Shown in pieces: positions 51,970 to 61,080 of a stretch of 61,080 nucleotides of DNA. This DNA is from a virus (Duplodnaviria; Caudoviricetes): the IMG/VR virus record IMGVR_UViG_3300002092_001354, positions 1 to 61,080 of that record; one strand, 5' to 3'. The position numbers were made by a program, and so were the translations under genes. Every line of letters starts with the position of its first letter. Within the stretch, counting starts at the first letter, position 1. The notes beneath the pieces were generated by a model that made no database searches, was not told the DNA's origin, and was given only the letters and a program-made list of their open reading frames with translations.

Positions 51970-54900
51970 TTAATTAAATTGTGTTTTATCTGTCCAAATA
52001 GTTTTATCACCATTGTTGTTACCTTTATATAATAATTGTAAATCAGCACTTTGTTTTGCAATTGTTGTTGGGTTTGGTGTTGTCGTATATGTAAATTTAC
52101 GTGATTTTCCTTTATTGTAATCACTAGTATTAAGATATGTCACATATTCAGCATTTTTCTTAATACTAACATATCGTTTTGATTCCGCATTTAATTCATT
52201 ATCAACCCTATCTTTAAATGTATCACATATTTTATCAAATTGTTTTACTAAACTACTTGGTGACGTTATTTTAGATAATTCACCTGATATAATAGTTGTT
52301 TTAAAACTTTGAAGTTTATTATTATTATTAAAAATTTGAGCCATAACCATAAAGAAACTTTTGTCGCTTAAGTTAGTTTCATCAAAAGATGTAGAACTTG
52401 GTGTAAAACTTCCCGGTTTATCATATGTTTTTCCAGGTATTACTCCCTGTGCCGGATTACTAATAAAATCACCATATTTCATTAATTTAACACCAACTAA
52501 TTGGAAATCTCTCCATAATTCTTCAAATGTGTTTGATGGTGGTCCAGGACTTGATTTGTCAACTTCAGATGTTCCAGAAAGACTATATATTTTAGGACCT
52601 AAATTATTAATAATAACACCATCTGTTAATGTTGTTACTAAATTAACTTTTCTAAACACTTGAACCATTGTTTGTTCTTGTTGAGTTATATTATTACCTA
52701 TTTGAGCAATACCATTACTAAAATCGTTTTTATAGTCATTAATATATTTTTTTAAATTATCTTTAACACGTTTAATAACTGTTTCATCATTATATTGTAA
52801 CGATTTTAACCCGACAATTAATATATTTACACCACTATCAATATCCGCAATAACACCATTGAATAATTCATCAATACTTGGTTGGAAAGATTGTTTACCA
52901 AAAATAGTGACCTTTTGAGTTTGATTTGGTATTGTAAATTCCCCATTAATATATTGTCTTGACTTACACATTAATTGCCAAATTCCATCGTTATAAGATT
53001 TTGTTGTACTTTCAGCTTGATTAACAATGTTAGTATAATAGTCATTAGTAACTTCCAATAATTTATCCATTATTGATTTATAATTAATATTACCCGTATC
53101 CCCATTAGCGTTTGGTATTGTAGTCATTATATCACCAATGGTTGTTCCCGCATCATTTGTTTGTTGATTATTAACATTATTTGAACTAACCGTTGGTTGA
53201 GCACCAACAATCGACTGTACCATTTGAGCGTCTAACGCACTTGTATCTTCTGTTGCCGTCGCTCTATCATCATATATTTCAGTATTAGCATAATAATTGA
53301 ATGATAACGCATTTTGCAATTCTTCAACAGGTTTTGCCAATCCCATACCACCAATCATATCAAAAGCCATTGTCACTTTAGCCAACATCGGTTGAACACC
53401 AATACCTTCAGGATTCATATCAAGAAGTAATGGTTCATAACTAAAACTAACAGTACTTGGAATAATTTTAGTATTATAAAAATCCCCAATTCTCAATACT
53501 AATACCGGTGGAGCCCCAAATGCGGTATTTGACGCATCATTGTATTTTGGTTTACCATCGGTTCCAATAACAGGGATTGTCTCGCCAGGTCTAACACATT
53601 GATTTAAGAATGTTAAACGAGCGTTTAATCCCTCAGGTGTCATAGAGTGAAAGGCTGGGTTAAAATATTTAATTTTATCCTGTATCGAATCATAAACCAT
53701 CGGTGAATTCTCCTTAATAGCCTCAAAATAATCACACTCAGATAACATCTGTCTAATAATTTTTTTAGTAATACCTTCTTTAATTTTTTGTTGTATAGTA
53801 ACAATTGGTTCAACAGGTGGTGTTGTTGTACCTGTTGTTGGTGGAACAATTTTTGGTGGTTCAGGTACTGGTGTTGGTGTTGGAGATGGTGTTACTTTAA
53901 TATTTTGAATTTTAACACGTCTACAAGCCATTGCGTTTACTGAGAAAACTTGAGCAACTTTATTAGTTGATTCGTTAGGTGTGATTTGAGCCTTAATGTC
54001 ATCAGTACAATTGATTTGAGCACCTAAACCTAATGGACTAATAGGTATAGAAATTGTTTCTCCCGCAGCAACAGTGTTTATCGTTAATGATTTATCATCA
54101 ATATATTTTGCTAATGTGTCTGCACCAACAGGAAATGTCTTTAAAAAATTAATAACCGAATCATATCGTCTTTTAGATAAATCCACATTATAACTTTTTG
54201 ACGCCGGAGCAGAAGCCGAGGCAATCATATCAATAACAATTGTTCCTTTTTTATTTTTTAAAATATTAAGAGCGTCCGTAAAGAAGTTTTTCTCTCCCTG
54301 TGTTATAAATTTAAAATTCTCAATAACAACATTTTTAAAAAATTCTGTTGTATTTTTACTACTTGAACCAGGATTAAATATCCCATCAGCCATCGATTGA
54401 TATCTACCAATATTCGTATTATCAACATAAGTGTTGTAATCACTAAGATAAGAAGTACTTGCTTTAGTTTCCCCTTTGTGTGGTGGACCAGGAATGTCAT
54501 TTTCAAAATAAAATGCAAATTCTTTATATCTATTTTGAAAATCCGCAATCGTTGTGTCCTGATTTGTTTGTGGAGTATCTTTATTGTTAATAGTATTATC
54601 ATCACCTTTTTCAGAAACAACAGCCTTAACTTGACTCTCATTTACTTTTGGGTTTGTTAATATTTTTTGATAAGTATATAAATCCTTAACCGGAATTGTA
54701 TTAAATTTTTGAGCTAATTTGTAAATATCGTATTTCACACAACCAGCAAAAAATGAATCCATTATTGAATTGATTCTATCTTTTTTCTGACCTTTTAATT
54801 GTTTTTCCACAATCGTATTCATAATAGAAGGATGGTCAACAATAATCTTCCAACTTAACGTACCACTTCTTCTAGTGTCTTTATATGTGAAAATAGGTTC

Positions 54901-56946
54901 GGGTCTACCTAAAAATGATGTTGGGTTCCAACTCGCAGTACTACTATCAGTAAAAGAAAGTTCATACGGTGGAAACCACATAACTCTACCTCCATTTGGA
55001 CCTTTTTCACAAACCGGTAATTCATCATAAGTGAAACCAGGTTTACTTGATGTTCTCCAAGCCAAGTTCTCAATCGAAAACATATATTTTTTTGCATATC
55101 CACCTTGACCACTACCTAATAAATCAAATGGTTCATCTTTATCAGGAACAATATTTGTTGAGCCCGGATTTCTCATCGGAGCAATATTAAGGTTATACGT
55201 ATTATCTAAAACAGAATTGGTAAATCTTCTCCCTGATGTTGTTATACCATCAGTTTTTTGCAAATCAGCATATGTATAATACGGTGTATCTTTTGTAAAT
55301 ACTCTACAATACTCAACCCCCGCTTCACCACCAGTTGTTTGGTCAGTATAGGATACAACTTGAGACCCTTTAGTCATTTCTTTATAACCATCGTGGAATA
55401 CTTTACTAACTTGGTTAATAGCATTACCAACGTGTTTTAATCTTGAGATACCCTGAACATTATCCGCAGAATTTACCAATCTTTGTGTTTCATCTAAAAT
55501 AGATGTTTCTTTGAATGTTAGGTTTGTGGACTCATCTCTAGTGTAGTTACTACTAATTAGATTAAACCCACCATCCATAGAACCTTGTCCCCCACCAGGT
55601 GTTGCGTGATATCCCGCAGCCCCTTTATATTTTGGTGACACCCAAACAAAATTACCATCAATCCCCCCTTCATCACTTAATGATTTACCAGCCAAACCAA
55701 AATTAAGTAAATCCGAATTCCCTTCAAATAAAATACCTAATTCTGAAGGTCCATATACCGGAGCATCCGTTTGTTGACCAAAAGCGTTTACCGGAACTTG
55801 ATTTGCCGGAGAAGTTATTGACGATGGTTCCGCAGTTTTACTACCAACATAATAACCACCTGTTAAAGTACCATTACTATTTAAAACAGCATCAAATATT
55901 GCTTGACCAACACCTAATATACCACCATATTGGTGATTATATGCCGGTTGATATCTATTATAATCAATATTATTGAATAAGGCCGACCTTTGTCCATTTC
56001 CCGTATTAACTAAGAATATTTCAGAAGGATTTCTTTTTTTATTTAAAATTGGAGATAGTAAACCACCCGTTAATTGGTTCGCAACATTTAACGCATTTGA
56101 GGTTTGAGGTGTTTGACCATTTTTTGTATTATCATCAAAATAATCTCCCGGAATTAATGAGACCGGCCAATACGCTCCGGCTAACTTAGTTACTAAATCA
56201 ACCACCCCAACAATTGGGTTTTCAGGTACTGTAATTGTCCAATCTTTATATATTAAAGGTTGTTGTCCCGAAATAAGTAAACTCGCCTCAAAAGGGTCTT
56301 GTAATGATTGTAAATTAACCATCCCAACCGTATTAATCTGAATTTCTCGATTAATTCTATATTGGAACGATTCTTTTAATTTTTGACTTGCCAATCTAGC
56401 CATATAAGAATCCTGAGATAATGAACCATTGTCTCCTGTTGGATTGTCATTTAATAAAATACTATATGGTGAGTAAGTTGAAGGTACAAAATTTGAATTG
56501 TAAGGTATGTGTAATGGGGAACCTAAAGTACCGTCGTTGGTTATATCAACCATATCATTATAACCTCCAACAGGTCCAAAATAATTACTTACATAAGCAC
56601 TATCAATAAAAAACTCATTTACTAAATCTAATGCTGTATCGTTCGGACTATACTCCCCTTGATTTGAATTTACGGGTAATGGGGCTCCGTTATAATCTAA
56701 AGTTGTATTATAACCACCATTAGGACCAAATTGATTTAATGGATATAATTGTGCAGCAAAAGGGTCATTACCTATTAAATCATTTGGGGAGTCAATAACA
56801 TTATATGAACTCAACACAAGTTCTGTGTCTAAATCTGACGATGAAGGGGTATATACACCTGTAACACCATATGGCGTTAAATTTTTACTTAATAAAGTAT
56901 CTCTAAACGATGATGTAGACGCAAATGATAATGGACTATTTGGCAT
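51970..56946 (-). CDS. Large baseplate / tail-tube-initiator-like protein containing an OmpA-C-like domain
   Basis: WNPTSFLGRPEPIFTY..RSGTLSWKI and PPVLVLRIGDFY (tube-initiator-like), flanking YFEND..ASASA..YNVDLSKRR..CRRVKI; located after the tape measure gene. Confidence 0.6.
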   Translation of the reverse strand: MPNSPLSFASTSSFRDTLLSKNLTPYGVTGVYTPSSSDLDTELVLSSYNVIDSPNDLIGNDPFAAQLYPLNQFGPNGGYNTTLDYNGAPLPVNSNQGEYSPNDTALDLVNEFFIDSAYVSNYFGPVGGYNDMVDITNDGTLGSPLHIPYNSNFVPSTYSPYSILLNDNPTGDNGSLSQDSYMARLASQKLKESFQYRINREIQINTVGMVNLQSLQDPFEASLLISGQQPLIYKDWTITVPENPIVGVVDLVTKLAGAYWPVSLIPGDYFDDNTKNGQTPQTSNALNVANQLTGGLLSPILNKKRNPSEIFLVNTGNGQRSALFNNIDYNRYQPAYNHQYGGILGVGQAIFDAVLNSNGTLTGGYYVGSKTAEPSSITSPANQVPVNAFGQQTDAPVYGPSELGILFEGNSDLLNFGLAGKSLSDEGGIDGNFVWVSPKYKGAAGYHATPGGGQGSMDGGFNLISSNYTRDESTNLTFKETSILDETQRLVNSADNVQGISRLKHVGNAINQVSKVFHDGYKEMTKGSQVVSYTDQTTGGEAGVEYCRVFTKDTPYYTYADLQKTDGITTSGRRFTNSVLDNTYNLNIAPMRNPGSTNIVPDKDEPFDLLGSGQGGYAKKYMFSIENLAWRTSSKPGFTYDELPVCEKGPNGGRVMWFPPYELSFTDSSTASWNPTSFLGRPEPIFTYKDTRRSGTLSWKIIVDHPSIMNTIVEKQLKGQKKDRINSIMDSFFAGCVKYDIYKLAQKFNTIPVKDLYTYQKILTNPKVNESQVKAVVSEKGDDNTINNKDTPQTNQDTTIADFQNRYKEFAFYFENDIPGPPHKGETKASTSYLSDYNTYVDNTNIGRYQSMADGIFNPGSSSKNTTEFFKNVVIENFKFITQGEKNFFTDALNILKNKKGTIVIDMIASASAPASKSYNVDLSKRRYDSVINFLKTFPVGADTLAKYIDDKSLTINTVAAGETISIPISPLGLGAQINCTDDIKAQITPNESTNKVAQVFSVNAMACRRVKIQNIKVTPSPTPTPVPEPPKIVPPTTGTTTPPVEPIVTIQQKIKEGITKKIIRQMLSECDYFEAIKENSPMVYDSIQDKIKYFNPAFHSMTPEGLNARLTFLNQCVRPGETIPVIGTDGKPKYNDASNTAFGAPPVLVLRIGDFYNTKIIPSTVSFSYEPLLLDMNPEGIGVQPMLAKVTMAFDMIGGMGLAKPVEELQNALSFNYYANTEIYDDRATATEDTSALDAQMVQSIVGAQPTVSSNNVNNQQTNDAGTTIGDIMTTIPNANGDTGNINYKSIMDKLLEVTNDYYTNIVNQAESTTKSYNDGIWQLMCKSRQYINGEFTIPNQTQKVTIFGKQSFQPSIDELFNGVIADIDSGVNILIVGLKSLQYNDETVIKRVKDNLKKYINDYKNDFSNGIAQIGNNITQQEQTMVQVFRKVNLVTTLTDGVIINNLGPKIYSLSGTSEVDKSSPGPPSNTFEELWRDFQLVGVKLMKYGDFISNPAQGVIPGKTYDKPGSFTPSSTSFDETNLSDKSFFMVMAQIFNNNNKLQSFKTTIISGELSKITSPSSLVKQFDKICDTFKDRVDNELNAESKRYVSIKKNAEYVTYLNTSDYNKGKSRKFTYTTTPNPTTIAKQSADLQLLYKGNNNGDKTIWTDKTQFN

Positions 56947-56986
56947 ATTTTATTCTTTTATAATAAATAGATTCTCATCTATTTTT

Positions 56987-58858
56987 TTAATGATGATTCA
57001 TTATTTTGTGTGGACTACTTTCGGTTTTAGTAATGGATTGATTAAGTTTAATTTCTTTAATTATCGCCTCTTTAACACCAGTTTTAGTTATTACTTCCAT
57101 AAATTGTTGTTCAGTAATTTTATCACCTGTTACAGTTACATTAAAATTAACATTCATTGTGGATTCTGAACTACCTTGACTTCCACCTGATTTATCTCCC
57201 ATTAAGTTAGTACCACCAACTAATTTCAACTCATCTTGTTTGTGTGTTTCAATTATAAAATCATCAACTTTAAGTTTTTGTGCCCCTGTTGCTGATGTTG
57301 CTTTACTAGATAAACTACTAACACCTAATTTTTTTTCCAACGTACCTATACCCGTATTTAATAGTTGGATAATACCGTTTTGAGATTTCCCTAAATTAAC
57401 CGCCGCAGTACCCGCATTACCCATCGCCTCTGTCCAAGTACTTCCAAACGCGGTTTTAGTATTTTCACTAATTTTAGAAAATGCTGTTGACACATCCGCC
57501 ATTGTTCCTGTACCTTTAGCAAATTTATTTAGAACATCAAAAGCAATATCAGTAGTTTTATCTAAACCTTGACCAATACTTTTAGCACTTAATCCTTTAC
57601 CGCTTGCAACTGTACCTAACCCTTCTATTATTTCTCTTGGTGCCTCTGTAACCGCTTTACCACCTCTACTTCCCGCAATGGCTGCCGGTAGTCTTTTTGA
57701 CATACCTTCTAAAATTCCGGCAATTCTTTCTGAAGTGTTTAATTGACCTTTAGCCAAATCCTCCATACTTTTTGGTTTTGACGCTTCCGCCAACTGTGCA
57801 ATATCATCTTTACTTAACTCTGAAACCGCCTTTTCTTGAGCCTTACCCTCTTTATCTGTAAAATTAACAACATATTGACCACCCTTCATTTCCGCCATAT
57901 TGGCAATCATAGTCTTTTGTTCGTCTGTTGCCGTTGGAAATTTAATTTTTTTCATTTTATCATCCAAATCAGCACTTGCCAACGCCATTTTAGATAATTG
58001 ACCCAATGGTAATCCCATCGCACTTTCAATTTCCCTCATTTGACGTTTAGCACCCGGCATAATTTCAAAACCGGTTCCGTCTTTTTTCAATTGAACAAAT
58101 TGTTGAGACATTTTTGACATCTGATTTTGTAATTCACCAGGGTCGTTTTGTGCCAAGTCCATCATTCTTAATGGGTCTAATAAATCACTTTGAGCAACAC
58201 CTAATCGTTGCATTGACGCCGCCATATTAATAGCCCCTTCAGGGTCAAAAACTTTTTCTGCAAACGCTAACGAATCTTGCATATTAATTCTTAAACTAAC
58301 TGCTTGGGCCGCCATTTTTGCCAATCCTTGAACACCCCCTTCAAAATTATATTTGTTAAGGGATTCCATATTTTGTAACACCTGTCCTGAAACCGCACTT
58401 GCATTAACACCGGACGCTCTCGCAACATTAACAACGTCATTCATTTGTTTGGTTGCGTCATACACAGATATACCAACATCTTTAAATGATTTAGTTATTG
58501 TTGAAGCCTCTTGACCGGAAGCCTTCATTGTCGCATACATATCTTTAAAAGCATCTGTAGATAATACTAAATTTTTACCTAATGTGGTCGAAACACTTTG
58601 TTGAATTTTTACAATATCTTGAAAACCACCACCTAATTCAGTTACATCGGGTATTGCGTTTGCAAGGTTTTGTCTAATTGCCGCAACCGCCTCTCTACTA
58701 GCACCAAACGTACCTAATACTTTAGCCGCACCATCATCAACTTGTTTTAATGTCTCTAAAATAACAGCAGGGTTAAAATTATCGGTAAATGCTTTACCTA
58801 ATTCTTTTCCCATTTTTCCCGCCATATCACCTATTCCACCGGTTTCTTCTCCTGCCAT
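56987..58858 (-). CDS. Tape measure protein
   Basis: Helical Ala/Gly/Met/Lys-rich 623-aa protein between the tail chaperone and the hub genes. Confidence 0.7.
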   Translation of the reverse strand: MAGEETGGIGDMAGKMGKELGKAFTDNFNPAVILETLKQVDDGAAKVLGTFGASREAVAAIRQNLANAIPDVTELGGGFQDIVKIQQSVSTTLGKNLVLSTDAFKDMYATMKASGQEASTITKSFKDVGISVYDATKQMNDVVNVARASGVNASAVSGQVLQNMESLNKYNFEGGVQGLAKMAAQAVSLRINMQDSLAFAEKVFDPEGAINMAASMQRLGVAQSDLLDPLRMMDLAQNDPGELQNQMSKMSQQFVQLKKDGTGFEIMPGAKRQMREIESAMGLPLGQLSKMALASADLDDKMKKIKFPTATDEQKTMIANMAEMKGGQYVVNFTDKEGKAQEKAVSELSKDDIAQLAEASKPKSMEDLAKGQLNTSERIAGILEGMSKRLPAAIAGSRGGKAVTEAPREIIEGLGTVASGKGLSAKSIGQGLDKTTDIAFDVLNKFAKGTGTMADVSTAFSKISENTKTAFGSTWTEAMGNAGTAAVNLGKSQNGIIQLLNTGIGTLEKKLGVSSLSSKATSATGAQKLKVDDFIIETHKQDELKLVGGTNLMGDKSGGSQGSSESTMNVNFNVTVTGDKITEQQFMEVITKTGVKEAIIKEIKLNQSITKTESSPHKIMNHH

Positions 58859-58903
58859 AACAAATGTGTTTTATACATAAATACACCAAAGTGTAGTTTT
58901 AAA

Positions 58904-59059
58904 TTACGTCTTTGGTGTATTATCTTCAATTATCCTATCTATAAGGTATTTTCTAACATATGTCGGAATTTGAAAGAATTCAGTATATGAAGTTCTAATA
59001 AATTTCGCCATAAAGTAATATTCTTCAATCAGGAGTTGTCTGTGATTAGAAGAAAGGCC
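58904..59059 (-). CDS. Probable frameshift-accessed C-terminal extension of the tail assembly chaperone
   Basis: The +1 frame reads GLSSNHRQLLIEEYYFMAKFIRTSYTEFFQIPTYVRKYLIDRIIEDNTPKT* and overlaps the upstream ORF at TTT TTT CGG. Confidence 0.6.
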   Translation of the reverse strand, partial: GLSSNHRQLLIEEYYFMAKFIRTSYTEFFQIPTYVRKYLIDRIIEDNTPKT

Positions 59060-59801
59060 GAAAAAACTCCACCCCAAACGATATCTCAAATGATATCTTT
59101 TCTCCTGATGGGGCGATTGCGGCTCTCGTTAATTCTAACGATGGTTGGTTATCTCTAATAAATTTACGGATATATTTTGAATCCATAATTGGTAAGGTAC
59201 TTACAAATATAGCAATATTTGATTTATCGGAATCACCATTAACTTCCACAATATGTTTCATTAATCTTAGAGTTACAATTGGTGCTACTCTACCAACAGG
59301 ATATGTGTCAACTATCGCACTTATCTCCAAAGTATCTGCGTATGTTAATGGTCTTAATTTAACCGTAACACCTGATTTTGGTAATACAGTAGTAAACAAA
59401 CCATTCTCATCCGGTTTAACCTCAGTTTTTCTAATATCTAACTCATCCAAAATAACTGAATGTGAAAAAGGTTTTTTTGTTTGAGGGTCAGTTAAACTTA
59501 CAGTATATTCAGGTCCAAAAGATGTATTTCTTAAAAATAATAAAATCGCTTCAACATCCCCATCAATTAACTCCTCCGGTCTTAAATCGTGTTCATATAT
59601 TTTATTTCTAAGTAATGACATAATAATATTATCATTAGTTCCTTGACCCGACATTAACGAGTTTTCATCTGTTGCCGTTAAATAACCTACTTTTACTGAT
59701 TTCTTTTTTGATTTATAAAAAATCCCACCTGAAGGTAATTGTACAACATCGTGTGGTAAATTGAAATTTTCGGTTCCAGCATTTACAATATCTTGTTCCA
59801 T
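59046..59801 (-). CDS. Tail / baseplate hub assembly chaperone (T4 gp26-like)
   Basis: VQLPSGG..YLTATDE..GDVEAILLFLR..FGPEY, LPKSG.TVKLRPLT, ending EFFRPFF; immediately upstream of the tape measure gene. Confidence 0.75.
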   Translation of the reverse strand: MEQDIVNAGTENFNLPHDVVQLPSGGIFYKSKKKSVKVGYLTATDENSLMSGQGTNDNIIMSLLRNKIYEHDLRPEELIDGDVEAILLFLRNTSFGPEYTVSLTDPQTKKPFSHSVILDELDIRKTEVKPDENGLFTTVLPKSGVTVKLRPLTYADTLEISAIVDTYPVGRVAPIVTLRLMKHIVEVNGDSDKSNIAIFVSTLPIMDSKYIRKFIRDNQPSLELTRAAIAPSGEKISFEISFGVEFFRPFF

Positions 59802-59851
59802 ATAATTTTGTTTTTATTATAAATGATACGACATATATTTTCAATATAAAT

Positions 59852-59883
59852 AAAAAACCCCACATAATTAAATGTGGGGGTTT
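59852..59883 (-). terminator. Intrinsic terminator
   Basis: The + strand reads AAAAAACCCCACAT-AATTAA-ATGTGGGG, giving a hairpin plus U tract on the - strand. Confidence 0.75.
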
Positions 59884-60073
59884 AAATAATCAACAACTTT
59901 TCTTTTAAATCGGATATAATCCATTCAGGTCTTTCATTAATATCTTTTTCCCAATAACGAAGTAAAACCATATTATCATTAAAACATAATTCATCTTTAT
60001 ATTTATCGTTTTTTTTTGTTAATTTTTGAGTTTCATAAATAACTTCATTATGTTTTGAATCAGGATTACAATG
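59882..60073 (-). pseudogene. 3' fragment of a Vsr/DUF559-like endonuclease gene interrupted by the TnpB element
   Basis: An open frame begins exactly at the element end and has no start codon at the junction: HCNPDSKH..QKLTKKNDKYKDELC..VLLRYWEKDINERPEWIISDLKEKLLII*. Confidence 0.7.
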
Positions 60074-61080
60074 GTGAACTACCCACCCACGCCAAATGCG
60101 ATGGGTTGGGCTTCAAGGGTTAACGCTCCCACTAATGTAGGCAACTTACCTTGATTTTTAAGAGTGTGTTCCCCACTCAAATAATTTTTAAGAGCAAATG
60201 ATTTAATATTTATGGAAGCATTAACATCTCGGTCTAACACAGTAGAACACCTACCACAAGTCCATTCACGGTCTTTAAGTGTCAGTTCTTTGTTGATAGT
60301 TCCACAACAAGAGCAGGTTTTTGATGATGGTGCAAAACGCCCTATTCGTAGAATGTTTTTACCATACCAATCAGCTTTGTACTCCAACATAGTTACAAAT
60401 GTTGACCAGCTTACATCTGATATTGCTTGTGATAAATTGTGGTTTTTCACCATATTACTTACCGCCAAATCCTCTAAACAAATCGTTTGGTTCTCACGAA
60501 TTAATTTAGTTGATATTTTATGTAAAAAATCTTTGCGTTTATTTACCACCTTTTCGTGTAGTAAAGCAAGGCGTTGTTTAGTACGCTTTCCTTTATTTTT
60601 TGAATATTTACGTTGTATATATTTTAATTTAGATTGTGCTTTTCGTAAGTTCTTAGGGTTTTCAAATACTTCTCCATCGGAAGTTATAGCAAAATCTTTA
60701 ATTCCTAAGTCAATACCAATAGTTGCGTTTTCGGTTATTGGTGCTTTAGTTGGTATTTCAGTATTAGTATCTACCAATATCGAAATAAAATATTTTCCTG
60801 TTGGAGTAACGCTTATGGTAGCACTTTTAATTGTCCCTTTAATTTCACGATGCAAAACAATATTAATCCCTTCTTTGAATTTCGGAATAATCAAAAGGTT
60901 GTTTTCAACTATTACATTTTGTGGTATCGAAAAAGATTGTTTACCTCGATGCTTTGATTTGAACTTAGGAAAACCTGCACCTTTAAAAAACTTCTTAAAA
61001 GCAATATCCATATTTTGTATAGATTGCTGTAAAGATTGGCTATTTACTTCTTTTAACCACTCACATTCTTTTTTAAGGTC
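60074..61080 (-). mobile_element. IS200/IS605-family element (right part; left end outside the window)
   Basis: tnpB followed by the subterminal hairpin GCCCAACCCATCGC-ATTTG-GCGTGGGTGGGT and the end AGTTCAC. Confidence 0.8.
60079..61080 (-). CDS. tnpB: TnpB RNA-guided endonuclease, canonical type (5' end truncated by the window)
   Basis: The frame is open to the window edge (DLKKECEWLKEVNSQSLQQ..). GFPKFK, GIDLGIK, CLEDL, SSKTCSCCG..WTCGRC and DRDVNASINI give an intact D-E-D triad and zinc finger. Confidence 0.95.
   Translation of the reverse strand, partial: DLKKECEWLKEVNSQSLQQSIQNMDIAFKKFFKGAGFPKFKSKHRGKQSFSIPQNVIVENNLLIIPKFKEGINIVLHREIKGTIKSATISVTPTGKYFISILVDTNTEIPTKAPITENATIGIDLGIKDFAITSDGEVFENPKNLRKAQSKLKYIQRKYSKNKGKRTKQRLALLHEKVVNKRKDFLHKISTKLIRENQTICLEDLAVSNMVKNHNLSQAISDVSWSTFVTMLEYKADWYGKNILRIGRFAPSSKTCSCCGTINKELTLKDREWTCGRCSTVLDRDVNASINIKSFALKNYLSGEHTLKNQGKLPTLVGALTLEAQPIAFGVGG

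Noticed and set aside
655-57169. The many 60-130 aa ORFs antisense to or nested within long genes
   Set aside because: They lie within or largely overlap well-supported genes and show no motifs or initiation signals; they are expected by chance.
29748-59801. Bacterial contractile injection system (eCIS/T6SS) rather than a phage
   Set aside because: The baseplate genes are interleaved with phage-type replication genes (gp32-like SSB, UvsX-like, gp41-like, RNR) and homing endonucleases.
1-61080. Alternative genetic code (stop-codon reassignment)
   Set aside because: Genes are long, densely packed and intact under the standard code; TAA and TAG both end well-defined genes.
1-61080. Single composite transposon bounded by the two edge TnpB elements
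   Set aside because: Their right ends face inward, their tails differ, and each appears to have its own insertion site.

Overview
AT-rich segment of a large tailed dsDNA phage with a contractile tail, T4-like/jumbo gene content and standard genetic code. SprB-type and delta-60 repeats suggest a Bacteroidota host (inference). The + strand block (0.2-13.5 kb) encodes Cys- and Pro/Thr-rich fibre or adhesin proteins and a RuvC-like resolvase. The - strand block (13.5-61 kb) encodes, in transcription order: tail chaperone, tape measure and baseplate hub genes; SSB, RecA/UvsX, 5'-3' exonuclease, DnaB and NrdB/NrdA; then gp25/gp6 wedge and further structural genes. Mobile content is dense: three TnpB loci (two cut by the window edges), two RHH+HNH two-gene cassettes, and a DnaB gene fractured by a split intein with a repeat-containing Vsr-like endonuclease between the halves. 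The most notable signals are: (i) a 116-bp in-frame inverted repeat linking two convergent fibre genes about 12 kb apart, which could swap their C-terminal domains; (ii) the split-intein helicase; (iii) TnpB elements that appear to target the phage's TATTTAT promoter-like motif; (iv) a +1 (UUU_UUU_CGG) frameshift candidate in the tail chaperone; (v) RHH-HNH cassettes whose small RHH genes are absent from the ORF track. All product calls come from motif recognition by eye; no searches were run.
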